Source: Heterodontus francisci (taxonomy: Eukaryota). From it: a stretch of DNA of 64,000 bases. Numbering within the stretch: the first letter of the stretch is position 1; each line of letters begins with the position of its first letter. Below are positions 24,544-36,064 of the stretch, piece by piece. The translations under genes and the position numbers were made by a program. The stretch spans positions 1,612,001 through 1,676,000 of the forward strand of contig NW_027140807.1 of the NCBI RefSeq assembly GCF_036365525.1. Direction: 5' to 3'. The notes under the pieces are model-generated. The model did no database searches. It worked only from the letters and a program-made list of their open reading frames with translations, and was not told where the DNA came from.

Positions 24544-25277
24544 GTTTGGTGCGGATCTGAGACACTTTCAGTTGGTTCCTCTGGTTTAAGGGTGAGAGGC
24601 AGTTGTAGTTCACCTGGTGCAGAACGTCATTGAGATGGTCCCCGCCCCTACTTTTTAAGTTGTTCCCCCATTCTTTTGTTTGTTTCCTTCCTCCCCTTTC
24701 CACTTGTTTCTTGTCTCCATTTCCCTCCTTCCACCCCACTTTCTACTCTGCTGCAAATGTCTTCACTCTCTTCCCTTTGTGAGCTTGCTGTCATGCCGAG
24801 GCGAGGGGAATTCTGAAGGTAGCGAGGTGTTGGAGAGGGTAGGTGAAAAAAACAAGGTGCGGTGCAACGATAGCTGCTTTGGGTGACTCCAGAGGTAACG
24901 GTGCAGAACCGGCGATTATTAACATCCTTTTGGAAATTAAAATCAGTAGTGGAGGAAGAGAAGGGGAATAGTTCGATGGCAGCGGAGGCGGCTCATATAA
25001 CATCACTGTAAAGTGGCAATCTAAGTGCGTTTAGCCTTTAAAGTGAAAAGATTGCAGAAGCAGAGGAATTGACTCATTGATCAGCGGCGCCAAAGCCTGT
25101 GGTGGCGCGAAATATAGTGGAGCCACTGCGCCGACCAGTGGCAGCATGGTGCAACTGCAACAAGCTGCGTTTGTTACTTTCCCAGTGAAACCCATGCTGT
25201 GGGCTTCTTCAAGTCACTTCCTGAAATTCATCCTCCTTCTCAGTGTTTCATCCTCTCCTGCAGAGGATTATTACCCG

Positions 25278-25665
25278 CAGAATTAACGATACAAATTCAG
25301 TCTTTGTCCTAATTTCCTGCCAGTATCTGTACAGATGTAAAGCAGAAGAGTGAAATCTACATGAGTAAAAGTGGGTGTCGATGTTATATGGTTAACAGTA
25401 TATTCTTAACACTTTTGTTGCCAAAAAAGGGGAACAGATTAATGAGTTCACTATCTTATATTCAATAATTGATTGCTGATTTCACAAGTCACCGCCGCAC
25501 AGTCTTGTTGCAATCATTAATCAGTTGATCAAATGTAAAACAGTGATTGTGACAGAATTTAAACATACTCAGTGACAGAAGGAAAATAGCAAACGTCGAT
25601 GAAATTGAATGGCATGTTTGCGGTGGATCTAAGACACTTTCTGCTGGTTGCTCTGGGTTTAAGGG
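25278..25665 (-). pseudogene. Orphan, frameshifted copy of the V9 leader exon (25615-25569) plus intron, with no V exon
   Basis: Colinear similarity to 24195-24590; leader is 47 nt instead of 46. Confidence 0.75.
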
Positions 25666-25689
25666 AGCGAAGCTGAGGGAGGAAACATT

Positions 25690-26390
25690 AATGGGATTAG
25701 CATCCTTGAAAGTTAATAAATCACCAGGGCAGGATGAAATGAATCCTAGGCTGCAAAAAGAAGCAAGAGAAGAAATAGCAGAGGGTCTGACCATCTTTTT
25801 GCAGTCCTCACTGATTACAGGTGTGGTGCCGGAGGATTGGAGAATTGTTAACTTTGTGCCTCCATTTAAAAAGGGAGAGAAGGATAGACTGACTACTTCC
25901 AGTCCAGTCAGTCTGATCTCAGTAATGAGCAAATTATTGCAATCTATTCTGGGAGACAGGATAAACTGTCACTTAGAAAGGCACAGATTAATCCAGGATA
26001 GTCAGCATAGATTTGTTAAGGGACGATCTTGTTTAATCAACTTGATCGAATTTTTTGAAGAAGTAACAAGGAAGATAGATGAGGGTAGTGCAGTTGACGT
26101 GGTCGACCTGGATTTTAGCAAGGCTTTTGAAAAGGCTGCACATGGCAGACTGGTTCAAAAAAAGAAAATCCCATCGGATTCAGGGAAATGCAGCAAGGTG
26201 AATGCAAAATTGGCTCAGTGGCAGGAAACAAAGGGTAATTGTTGATGGGTGTTTTAGCGACTCGAGGGCTGTTGCCAGTGGCGTTGCACAGGGCTCAGCA
26301 CTGGGTTCCCTGCTTTTTGTGGTATTTATTAACGATTTGGATGTAAATGTAGGGGGGCATAATCCAAATGTATGCAGACAACGCAAGGAT
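25690..26390 (+). mobile_element. CR1-like LINE reverse transcriptase fragment
   Basis: KSPG.D...PVSL.SV..KL...SQH.FVKGRSCL.NL.EFFE...DFSKAF, then QGS.LG.LLF.VFINDLD. Confidence 0.92.
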
Positions 26391-27229
26391 CTCTGTCTGT
26401 TTATCGATATAGCTGTCTATCTATCTCTGTAGCTATCTGTCTATCTTTCTCTCTATCTATCTAGCTGCATGGCTGTGTGTCTGTCTGTCTATCTGTGTCA
26501 ATTTGTCTCTCTATCTGTATGAATTCGTCTGTCTGTCTTCATATCTACCTATCTGCATGTCTGTCTGTCTCTCTATCTATTTGATTATGTGTCTGTCTGT
26601 CTGTCTGTCTTCATATCTACCTATCTGCATGTCTGTCTGTCTCTCTATCTATTTGATTATTTGTCTGTCTGTCTGTCTGTCTTTATATCTACCTATCTGC
26701 ATGTCTGTCTGTCTCTCTATCTATTTGATTATGTGTCTGCCTGTCTATCTACCTATCTAATGTCTGNNNNNNNNNNNNNNNNNNNNNNNNNNNNNNNNNN
26801 NNNNNNNNNNNNNNNNNNNNNNNNNNNNNNNNNNNNNNNNNNNNNNNNNNNNNNNNNNNNNNNNNNNNNNNNNNNNNNNNNNNNNNNNNNNNNNNNNNNN
26901 NNNNNNNNNNNNNNNNNNNNNNNNNNNNNTGCCTGTGACATGGTGCTGTGAACCAATTGGCTTCCGTGTTTTAAGTACACTGCTCTCTGGAATGACCTAG
27001 CAAACCCTTCAGTTATCTACAAGGCAGCACACACCTTCTCCAGGGCAATAAGTGACGATGAATAACTACTGACCTTCTCAGACCCAGGCCCCCAGAATGA
27101 ATTTTTTAAAAATCAAAGCAAGGGAAGAAGTTTCAGAGGATCTGACCATCAATTTCCAGTTCTTAATTGGCTGTTAACTGTTTTGGGGCGTCGTGAAGTC
27201 GTGGAAGACCTGATATAATTTGTTTTTCT

Positions 27230-27765
27230 TATTCGTTCATGGGACGTGTATTTCTTTTGCAAGACCAGCAATTATTTCACAATACTGATTGCCCTTGAGA
27301 AGGTGGTGGTGAGCTGCCCTCTTGAACCACTGCAATCCATGTGGGGTAGGTACACCCACAGTGCGGTTAGGAAGGGAGTTCCAGGATTTTGACCCAGTGA
27401 CAGTGAAGAAACGGCGATATAGTTCCAAGTCAGGATGGTGTGTGACTTGGAGGGGAACTTGCAGGTGGTGGTGTTCCCATGATTCTACTGCCCTTGTCCT
27501 TCTAGGTGGTAGAGTTGGTGGGTTTGGAAGGTGCTGTCTGAGTAGCCTTGGTGCGTTGCTGCAGTGCATCTTGTCGATGATAAACACTGCTGCCACTGTG
27601 GTGTAGGAAGTGAGTGTTGAAGGTGGTAGATGGGGTGCTGATCAAGAGGGCTGCTTTGTCCTGTATGATGTTGAGCTTCCTGAGTGTTGTTGGAGCTGCA
27701 CCCATCCAGGCAAGTGGAGAGTATTCCATCACACTCCTGACTTGTGCCTTGTAGATGATTGATAC
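27230..27765 (-). mobile_element. Non-LTR retrotransposon 3' fragment (family also at 37860-38255, 43605-44000, 48515-49620, 56235-57545)
   Basis: IYKAQVRSVMEYSPLAWMGAAPTTL.KL motif and a shared 3' tail. Confidence 0.8.
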
Positions 27766-28121
27766 TCTATACATCACTTCACAATGGTGATGTTAACTAT
27801 CTGTCGTATTTAGATCATTAATTAACCTTCTAATTAATCAAGTATGAGACAGTGACTGTGACTCAGTTTTAACATACTCAGTGCCAGAAATTAAACGGTA
27901 TAGACGAGGACTTTGAAATTTTGCTGGGAATCTGAGACACAGCTCTCTCTCTTTCCTTCTCTCTCTTCCTCGTAACTTCTGCTATTCCCTGTCATTCAGC
28001 CCTTGATGAAGGTTGAGGAATCCGGGAATCACCAGCTTGGAAAACGGCCGGTGTGGCAGGGAGAGACATTAACCATTGTCACTGCTCCTGTATGTCAGTC
28101 AGTTGTGTTGTTCACCCTGTT

Positions 28122-28160
28122 GGTTTTTGTACTGGCACTAAGGCAGTCTGCAGCGCTGTG
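28122..28160 (-). other. 23-RSS of V10 (CACAGCG-23-ACAAAAACC)
   Basis: Heptamer 28154-28160, nonamer 28122-28130. Confidence 0.93.
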
Positions 28161-28977
28161 CTCACTGGCTGCACAGTAATACACCGCCGCATCCGCAGCC
28201 TTAACCTTGAGGACCCTCAGGCTGCATCGTCTCTCCTCGGGCCTTAAAATCTTCACCTCCTCTTCAAATTTTCCTTCGTAAATGGGTGCCCTTCCAGTGT
28301 AAGAATGACCCATTAGGGTGAGCCCCTGCCCGGCATACTGCCGATACCACAGCATAATGCTCTTTCTACTGTCATTCTGGTAACAATTTAATTCTGCTGG
28401 TTCACCTCTCTTCATCACGACCAGAGTTGGCCACTGGTGTATCACCTCTGCTAGAGTTTTGCCTTGAGAAATAAGGAGAATAGTTAAAAAAGGTTTAGAA
28501 CATATTGTGACATATGATAACCAACTATAACTATCCAAAAAGATAGGTAGATAATACTAGATAACTATATAGGCAGACAATATATAGTTAAATGATATAT
28601 TGGTAGATATATAGATAATAAACAGATAGATATAGAGATTGAAAAATAATGTAGCAAGTGATATGAGACAGACAAATTAACCCAGAATTAGGGCAAACTT
28701 ATCGGTTAAAGATAGCTGTAGTAGCGTCACGAAAATATAAGTAACTTTTATTCAGTCAAAAATTTCATTAAGCCAATATTATTTACAGTGGAAGTAAAGT
28801 ATGTAGTTTAAGAAATGACAGAAAATCGACTGCAATGATGTTTTATCAATCTAGTTTGATAGAAGTTAGGAGTGAATGAAAACACAGCATGTATTTTAGC
28901 AGAGGTATCTTTATGAACGATGAATACCTACATGGAAGAAGAGAACAGACGATTAGGAAGAGTTTGACTAACTGCAT
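28161..28977 (-). CDS. TRBV: V10: apparently functional TCR beta V segment (family D)
   Basis: Leader 28977-28932 (MQLVKLFLIVCSLLP). V exon 28462-28161: EVIHQWP...LNC...WYRQYAG...YYCAASE. Confidence 0.9.
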
Positions 28978-30165
28978 CCTGCAGACTGGGGGCTGAAACT
29001 GTTCATGAACCAATATCAGGCGGCTGAAGATAAAGCAGAGAGCGGAAATGACAGCACTGGAAACAGGGTTTCCTTCTGACCCCTCACTTCTGGGTATGAC
29101 AGAATAATAACACCCCCTGGTCGGAAGGAGCTTGAACAAGGAACTGCTTCCCGTCTGTATCTGGCTCTCGTTGGTTGTGTCTGATTGGTGTTGTATAGCG
29201 TGGCTCTTTCGAACAGCCGGGCCAGGCTCGATGGGCTGTATGGCCTCGGCTCTGCTGTAGGATTCTATAAATATATAAGACACATCAAGTGGCTTGTTTA
29301 TATTAGGCAGATAAAGATTTATTTCCCCTTTGCTAAACGACAATTCAAGGGCTATGTTTTACATTGGGGTGAAATGTTAGATACTTTGAAAAGCGACAGT
29401 GTCATGAAGAAGTGGGTTAACTGTTTTAAACAGATGCTCAAACCGCCGTCAGGAGGCAGGTGTTCCAGTGAGAGACCTATCTGGGGAGGTGTCTCGCTTT
29501 TGCATTGTAGGAATCATTGGGGACATGTACAACAGGGAGCTATGTGTAACTCTTGTCACATACCACCGACAGCTCATTCAACAGGACCATGAACCCATGT
29601 ACCCCACCTCGGAATCTGTTCTTTACAGGTAGAGGCTGCCTGAACGAGAAGGATCTGAGCACATTGCTGCAGCATTTTTAATAATTCATAATGTATTGAT
29701 GTACTCTGAGTCGAAGGAGAGCAAGAAGATGAAACTGTGAGAGACAGAGAGATAAATCGATGACAAATATATATATATGATCGAGATAAATAGATAAATA
29801 AATGGTGCAAATAACCAAACATGGACAGCCAGATAGACAAATAGATCGATACAGATGGATAGATAGATAGATACAGATGGATAGATAGATACAGATAGAT
29901 AGATAGAGACAGAGAGACAGACAGACAGACAGGCAAACACAAAGATAGATAGACACAGATAGATTTATAGATAGATTGATAGACACATAGATAGATAGAA
30001 AGATAGATAGACATCGATAGATACTGATCGATAGACAGATAGACAGATAGATAGATGCAGAGACGCACAAAGAGACACAGAAACTCGCAGATAGTCCGAG
30101 AGACAGAAAGACACTGAGATAGACAGACAGGTTTATGTCCCACAAGTGCTTTCCTCCTCCTTTAG

Positions 30166-30204
30166 AGTTTTTGCTGAACTCCGGCGCCTTTCTGAGTCAC
30201 TGTG
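30166..30204 (-). other. 23-RSS of V11 (CACAGTG-23-GCAAAAACT)
   Basis: Heptamer 30198-30204, nonamer 30166-30174. Confidence 0.9.
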
Positions 30205-30503
30205 CCGACTCCAGGCACAGTAATACACGGCTGATTGATTCGCCCACAGGCTGGAGGACTCCAGGTGAAAATGGGTGTTGTCGGGTCTCCTGACGGTGAA
30301 ACCGTCCACCTCACCGGAGGGAATGACCGTTCCGGCAGAGGTGGAATAGAAAAGGTTCTCGGGCTTATGGTCCAGATACCACCAGTACCGGTAGAATGCG
30401 GAGCCAGCTACTGCTTCTGTGTAAATACACTGGATATTGACTGGACAGCCTGGGGAATGGGATATGGAAGCGGGAGACTGTTGGTTCAGCACGGCCCCTA
30501 CAT
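30205..30503 (-). pseudogene. TRBV: V11: divergent CAWS-type V, open but Trp41>Arg and no intact leader found (ORF or pseudogene)
   Basis: QQSPASISHSPGCPVNIQC...FYRYWWYLDH...FYS...RRP...YYCAWSR; AG acceptor at 30504-30505. Confidence 0.7.
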
Positions 30504-30877
30504 CTGTAAAACAGAGAGAGAGAGAGAGAGAGAAAGATAGAGATACACCCAGGGACAAGATTTAAATTGGACATCGGCCACGATGAGGGGACAGGCACGA
30601 TGGGCCGAACGATCTCCTGTGTGCCCGAAATGTCCCGTGTTTCATTGTAAAAAGGGAGAGGTGGGAGAGGGAGAGATGCACAGAGAGAGAGAGACTCAGA
30701 GAAAGACATAGAATGATATAGAGTGAGAGAAAAGGAGAGAAGCAGAGACAGAGAGAGAGAGTAAGAGAGAGAGGGAAGCACACAGTCAGAGGGAGAAAAA
30801 CAACAACAATCTATAACAAAAACAATAAATGCTGGATTCACTCAGCAGGTCTGGCAGCATCTGTAGTAAGAGAAGCA

Positions 30878-30914
30878 GAGTTAACGTTTCGGGTCAGTGA
30901 CCCTTCTTCGGAAC
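30878..30914 (-). ncRNA. Minimal type-I hammerhead ribozyme motif of a Penelope-like element tail
   Basis: GTT-CCGAAGA-A-GGGTC(ACT)GACCC-GAAACGTT-AAC: core, stem II, palindromic ACGT stem III. Confidence 0.6.
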
Positions 30915-32935
30915 AATCTATACATGGACAACAGACGTGAAGGAGCTCAGAGGACAGGGAGAGAGAGAAAGAGAGACAGAGAGAAAGGGAGAGTGGGAGG
31001 GACAGACATAGAGGTACATATATCGTTAGACAGAGAGAAAGAGATATGTAAATAAATATTGATGGATAGAGATTCTATATAGATAGATAGTGAAATAGGC
31101 AGATATACAGATAATTAGATAACATAGATAGACAGATAGATAGAGTGATGGATGGAGAGACAGATAAATAGACGGAGAGATAGATAGATATAAAGTTAGA
31201 TATGCAGATTCATAGATAGATAGATTCAGAGAAAGGGAGATACTGAGAGATAGATGGTGCAATAGACATTCTGATAAATCCAGAGGTGTAATGAACAACA
31301 ATACTGTCATGTATGGGGTAAATATCACTCTAACACGTGCTTTTATAGTTTAGCTGCCAGTCTTAAAAATAAAGTACTGTTGTTCTGAAGGATTCACTAT
31401 CAAACCATTTGTACAAAATGAATACATTTTATTTACCTTCCAAACACTAATCTGCACACAGGAAACAGATTCCCCCGCCCCTTTGTGTGAAGGAGTACTT
31501 CCTGACATCACTCCTGAATAGCCTGGATCGAATTTTGGGTTTAGACCACCTTGTTCTACCCCCGTGCCTCGCCCCCAACAAGAGGAAGCAGTTTATCTCC
31601 ATCTCGCCGATCAACCCATTCAATCATTTTAAACACCTCAGTCAAATCACCATTTAATCTTCTCTACCCGAGGGAATAAAGAACAAGCAATGTAAACATG
31701 TTGGGTGCTGCATTTCCTTCACACTTGATTAACTGATCAAAGATATTTTCAGAAACTCCGAACACAGGAAATCGATCAGAGAATCAGAGACTGGTTACAG
31801 TACAGAAGGAGGCCATTCGGCCCATCGAGTCCATGCCAGCTCTCTGCAAGATCAACCCAGCTAGTGCAACTCCTCCTATCTCTCCTGTCAATTCAATTTG
31901 TCGCCATAACCACCTGCAAATTCCTCTGCGCTGTTTCCTTCGCATGCTCTTGTGGAAGGACTTTGTCAGCACAACACAGCAACAGAATCGCATTGTACAG
32001 AGAGACACAGAGACAGGGAAGGCACCGTTAGTATGTGTGGTTATCAGAGTGCAGCTGTAAATGTTTCAACATGTTCACGGATGCAGCAAGAAAAAAAAAC
32101 AGCCTGTTCTGTGGGTTTGCCCTGCACACATTTGTATTTTTCCACTCCTGGGCCTGAGGCAAAACAGTAGGTTAAAGGGTAAGGTAGCAAAGTGTTATGT
32201 TCCTGGGCTATTAATGTAAAGGCCTGGGCTAATAACCTGGAGATGTGAATTCAAATCCCAGCATGCTGGATTATTTCAATTCCCTTCATTAGATAAAGCT
32301 GGAATTGATGAAAAGCTGCTCTCAGTCATAACCTACAGTATTGGACAAAAAACTCATCGTCACTTAGATAAAGAAACCTGCCATCCTTATCCGGTCTGGC
32401 CTAAGAGGTGACTCCAGTCCCACAACAATATGGTTGATTCTTAAAAGGCCCTCTGCATTGGCCGGGCAAGACAGTCGGTCGTACAAAAGCTGTGACGGGA
32501 ACAGACAGCAATGGGGGTTGGCTCATCGCCATCTTCTCAAGGACGGTGAGGTGGTGGGCACTGAATTCTGCATAACAGTGTCACAACCACATCCTGTGAA
32601 TGAAAGCAGATAGAGAGATTGAGAAATATAATTGAATAGAGACCTCAACACGGGTGTGTGTACACTGCATGGCCTGTCCTCACCCCCAGACACATCATCT
32701 GGTCTGTTTCAATCTTTCCCCTCACTGCTCTGTAGCTAACCCCAGCCTCCTCCATGCAAGCGATACATGCACAGTTACTTGGCTGAGCTCCCATCCAGCA
32801 ACCCTCATTAACACTCCCCAGCAACCCTCCATCCTAAACTCCCACAAAATGCTCATGTGCCGGCTGTGTTATTTCCACCTACTTCACCAATCCCTTTCAA
32901 CACCCCTAAATGTTGGTGTTGTTCTCCTGCTGAAG

Positions 32936-33290
32936 ATTAGATTAGATTAGAGATACAGCACTGAAACAGGCCCTTCGGCCCACCGAGTCTGTGCCGAACA
33001 TCAACCACCCATTTATACTAATCCTGCACTAATCCCATATTCCTACCAAACATCCCCACCTGTCCCTATATTTGCCTACCACCTACCTATACTAGTGACA
33101 ATTTATAATGGCCAATTTACCTATCAACCTGCAAGTCTTTTGGCTTGTGGGAGGAAACCGGAGCACCCGGAGAAAACCCACGCAGACACAGGGAGAACTT
33201 GCAAACTCCACACAGGCAGTACCCGGAATCGAACCCGGGTCCCTGGAGCTGTGAGGCTGCGGTGCTAACCACTGCGCCACTGTGCTGCCC
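32936..33290 (-). mobile_element. Full-length tRNA-derived SINE (HE1/V-SINE type)
   Basis: A box (TGGCGCAGTGG), B box (GGTTCGATTCC), V-SINE core GGGTGCTCCGGTTTCCTCCCACA, (TCTAA)n tail. Confidence 0.9.
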
Positions 33291-33294
33291 ATAA

Positions 33295-33915
33295 AAGATG
33301 TTGTTGAATTTGTTGGTGTCTTCTTCCGACTGAAGTTGTTGGTGAACTTCTTGGTGCCTTCTTCTGACTGAAGTTGTTGTTGAATTAGTTGGTGCCTTCT
33401 TCTGACTGAAGTTGTTGTTGAATTTGTTGGTGCTTTCTTCCGACTGAAGTTGTTGTTGTATTTGTTGGTGTTTTTCTCCGGCTGAAGTTATTGTTGAATT
33501 TGTTGGTGTTTTTCTACTGCTGAAGTTGTTGTTGAATTGTGGGGCTTTTTAACTGTTGCTGAAGTTGTTGTTGTATTCGTTGATGTTTTTTCCTGCTGAT
33601 GTTGTTGTTGAATCTGTTGGTGTTCTTTACTGCCTGCTGACTTTGTTGTTGAATTTTTTGGTGTTTTTCTCCTGCTGAAGTTGTTGTTGTATTCATTGAT
33701 ATTTTTTTCCCTGCTGTAGTTGTTGTTGAATTTGTTGGTGTTCTTTAATCCCTGCTGACTTTGTTGTTGAATTTGTGTGTTTTTCTCCTGCTGAAGTTGT
33801 TGTTGTAATCGTTGATTTTTTTTTTCCTGCTGAAGTTGTTGAATTTGTTGGTGCTTTTCACCTGTTGAAGTTGTTGTTGAATTTGTTTGTGGTTTTCTTG
33901 AATTTGTTGCTGTTT
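33295..33915. repeat. GTT/AAC-rich ~36-bp minisatellite (CTGAAGTTGTTGTTGAATTTGTTGGTGTTTTTCTCCTG)
   Basis: Tandem degenerate copies; the same family recurs at 40550-40975, 43330-43575, 46220-46720, 48200-48500 and 49620-49850. Confidence 0.88.
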
Positions 33916-34354
33916 TACTCCTGCGATGCAGTGTTAGAGGGGGCCAATTTGCTACCAATAATATTGTCCTCCTCGGCACAGATGCCACCGGATGTAAGGA
34001 ACTATGCATAATGATCCAACAACAAAGCATGTGCTTAGACTACACAGGTCAATGTGTTGAACAAATGAGAAACATTTCATTGGCTAGTATTGGGTTTTGT
34101 TTTAGTGACATCCTGGGACTGTGCAGAGAACAACCTCTGATGTCCAGAAGGGCAGAACTGCACAGTCAGAGGGGGCAATCCTCAGCAATGATTATCCTCC
34201 AATCAAAATTGCTCCGACAATAACCACAGATGATCTGGACATTATTGCCTGTTTGATGGATCTTGCTTTGTAGAAACTGGCTGCCACTGTTCCTATCTTG
34301 CAGCAGTGGCTGCACTTTGAAGAAGTACTAGCAACGAATATGGGATTAGTAAAG

Positions 34355-34950
34355 CACTCGGGTTCTTGGGCTTTATAAATGGAAGCATGGAGCACAAGCG
34401 CTGGGAAGCTATGATGAACATTTCCAAAGCTCTGGTTAGGCTGTAACTGGAAGTTTGCGTTCAGTTCTGGTCACCACACTTCAGGAAGGATGTGAGTGTC
34501 CATGACAGGGTGCAGAGGAGATTTTACCAGAATGGTTCCAGGGATGTTACATGGTTATTTTGGAGAATCTGGGGTTGTTTACCTTGGTGCAAAGGCGATT
34601 GAGGGGAGATCTGATAGAGGAAACAAGATTGTGACAGTGTTAGTTAAGGTAGACAGAGTAAACCTGTTCCCATTAGTGGATGGTGCAAGGACTATTGGTC
34701 ACAGATTGATGATTCTGGACAATAGATACTGGGGTATTTGAGGAAGAACCTCTATACACAGTGAGTGGTAACAACAGGGAATTCACTGCCTACCAGGGTG
34801 GTGGAAGTGGAGACAATGAATGATTTCAAAAGGAAATTGAATGGATACCTGAAGGAGATAATCTTGCTGGGCCGCAGGGATAGAGAGGTAGAATGGGACT
34901 GACTGGATTGCATGGACTCGATGGGCAGAATGGCTTCCTTCTGTACCATA
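34355..34950 (+). mobile_element. CR1-like LINE 3' fragment
   Basis: Degenerate LVR..LE..VQFWSPHFRKD motif and CR1 3' UTR. Confidence 0.8.
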
Positions 34951-35114
34951 CTGGCTGTATGACTTTCTGGCTAACTGGCTGTAAAGTGTTTTCAGATGAC
35001 ATGGTGTTGCAAAGGTCACCAATAGGGATACACAGGGGCTCGATGGTTTGCTGAGCTTTCCAGACGATGCTGCTCACAGGTGGGTGTTTTAGGGGCAGGT
35101 TGGGAGAGTGAGGA

Positions 35115-35153
35115 TATTTTTGTCTCACTCTGCCGCAGGATTGTATCGCTGTG
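35115..35153 (-). other. 23-RSS of V12 (CACAGCG-23-ACAAAAATA)
   Basis: Heptamer 35147-35153, nonamer 35115-35123. Confidence 0.9.
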
Positions 35154-35779
35154 CCCACACTTGCTGCACAGTAGTAGGTCGCAGTGTCTGTCGACTGGGG
35201 GTCGCCCAGCTGCAGGGAGAATCGGTTGCTTGCAGCGTCGTGTTGCACATTGAACCGCTTCTCAAAGCCTGGCCCACAGCTGCCGTGTTCATTGCAAATC
35301 CACTCTACTGCCTTCCCCTCCTGCCTGTAATAGTGCATGGTGTAGCTGCCCATGCTGGCTCCCTCCAAGCTGCAGCCGAGGGCGAGGGGCTTCCCCGGTC
35401 GAATAGAAGCCGCAGCTGGAGTCTGGACCGCAGTGGGTGCAGACTGAACCCCTGGAACACATTCCATAAAAGAAAGTAATTCAGAATCATGGAAGGAAAA
35501 TGGTAGCATAAATCATAAAATCTAGCAGAATAGAAAGAGGCCGTTCTGCCCATCGTATCTGTGCTGGCTGTTTGAAAGAGCTATCGAGTTAGTCTCACTT
35601 GCCCCTGCTCCTACCCCATTGCCCTCCCAATTTCCCCACTCCAAGCACTGATCCAATAGCCATTTGGGAGATTACTATTGAATCTACTTCCACCTGCTGA
35701 AGGGATAGCACTTACAAAAAATCCAATGTCCAAGCAATAAGATAACCAAGATTGAGACGTTTTTAGCTAAGAGTGCCAT
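35154..35779 (-). CDS. V12: intact but atypical TCR V segment (family E; Tyr at position 41, short CDR2 with Cys pair)
   Basis: Leader 35779-35716 (MALLAKNVSILVILLLGHWIF, GTAAGT donor). V exon 35451-35154: AVQTP...LGCSLEGASMGSYTMHYYRQEGKAVEWICNEHGSCGPGFEKRF...YYCAASVG. Confidence 0.85.
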
Positions 35780-36064
35780 CGCCCTTCTCAGAAGCAGAGA
35801 GGCAGCCCTTACTGAGCAACAAGCCAGCGCCTGGTAAATGGAAATGCCACCGGTTGTGATGAAGAGAGTGGAACGATTGGCCGCCCATCCTGTACCTCTA
35901 CCACGCCTGTCAGCAGAGTGAACAAATGAGGAGCACTTCCCTCGGCAGCATTGCTGTTATTTATGCAGATTGCTGCAAGCCCCTTAGCCCGACTTTCTCT
36001 CTTCCCTTCCCAACATTCCCACCTTTCCTTCCATGGAATATTGCCTTATTTTTTGATTGGCCAG

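Noticed and set aside
31958-32060. Possible highly decayed V/RSS relic
   Set aside because: Heptamer and nonamer both poor, spacing off, and no recognisable V framework
33205-33290. tRNA gene
   Set aside because: The A and B boxes are the head of a SINE with V-SINE core and tail; several dispersed copies exist
33488-34030. Q/N/T-rich ORFs, and L/S/C-rich ORFs at 19.1-19.9, 29.6-30.1, 39.6-40.1 and 45.4-46.4 kb
   Set aside because: Translations of AAC minisatellites and CT/GA microsatellites
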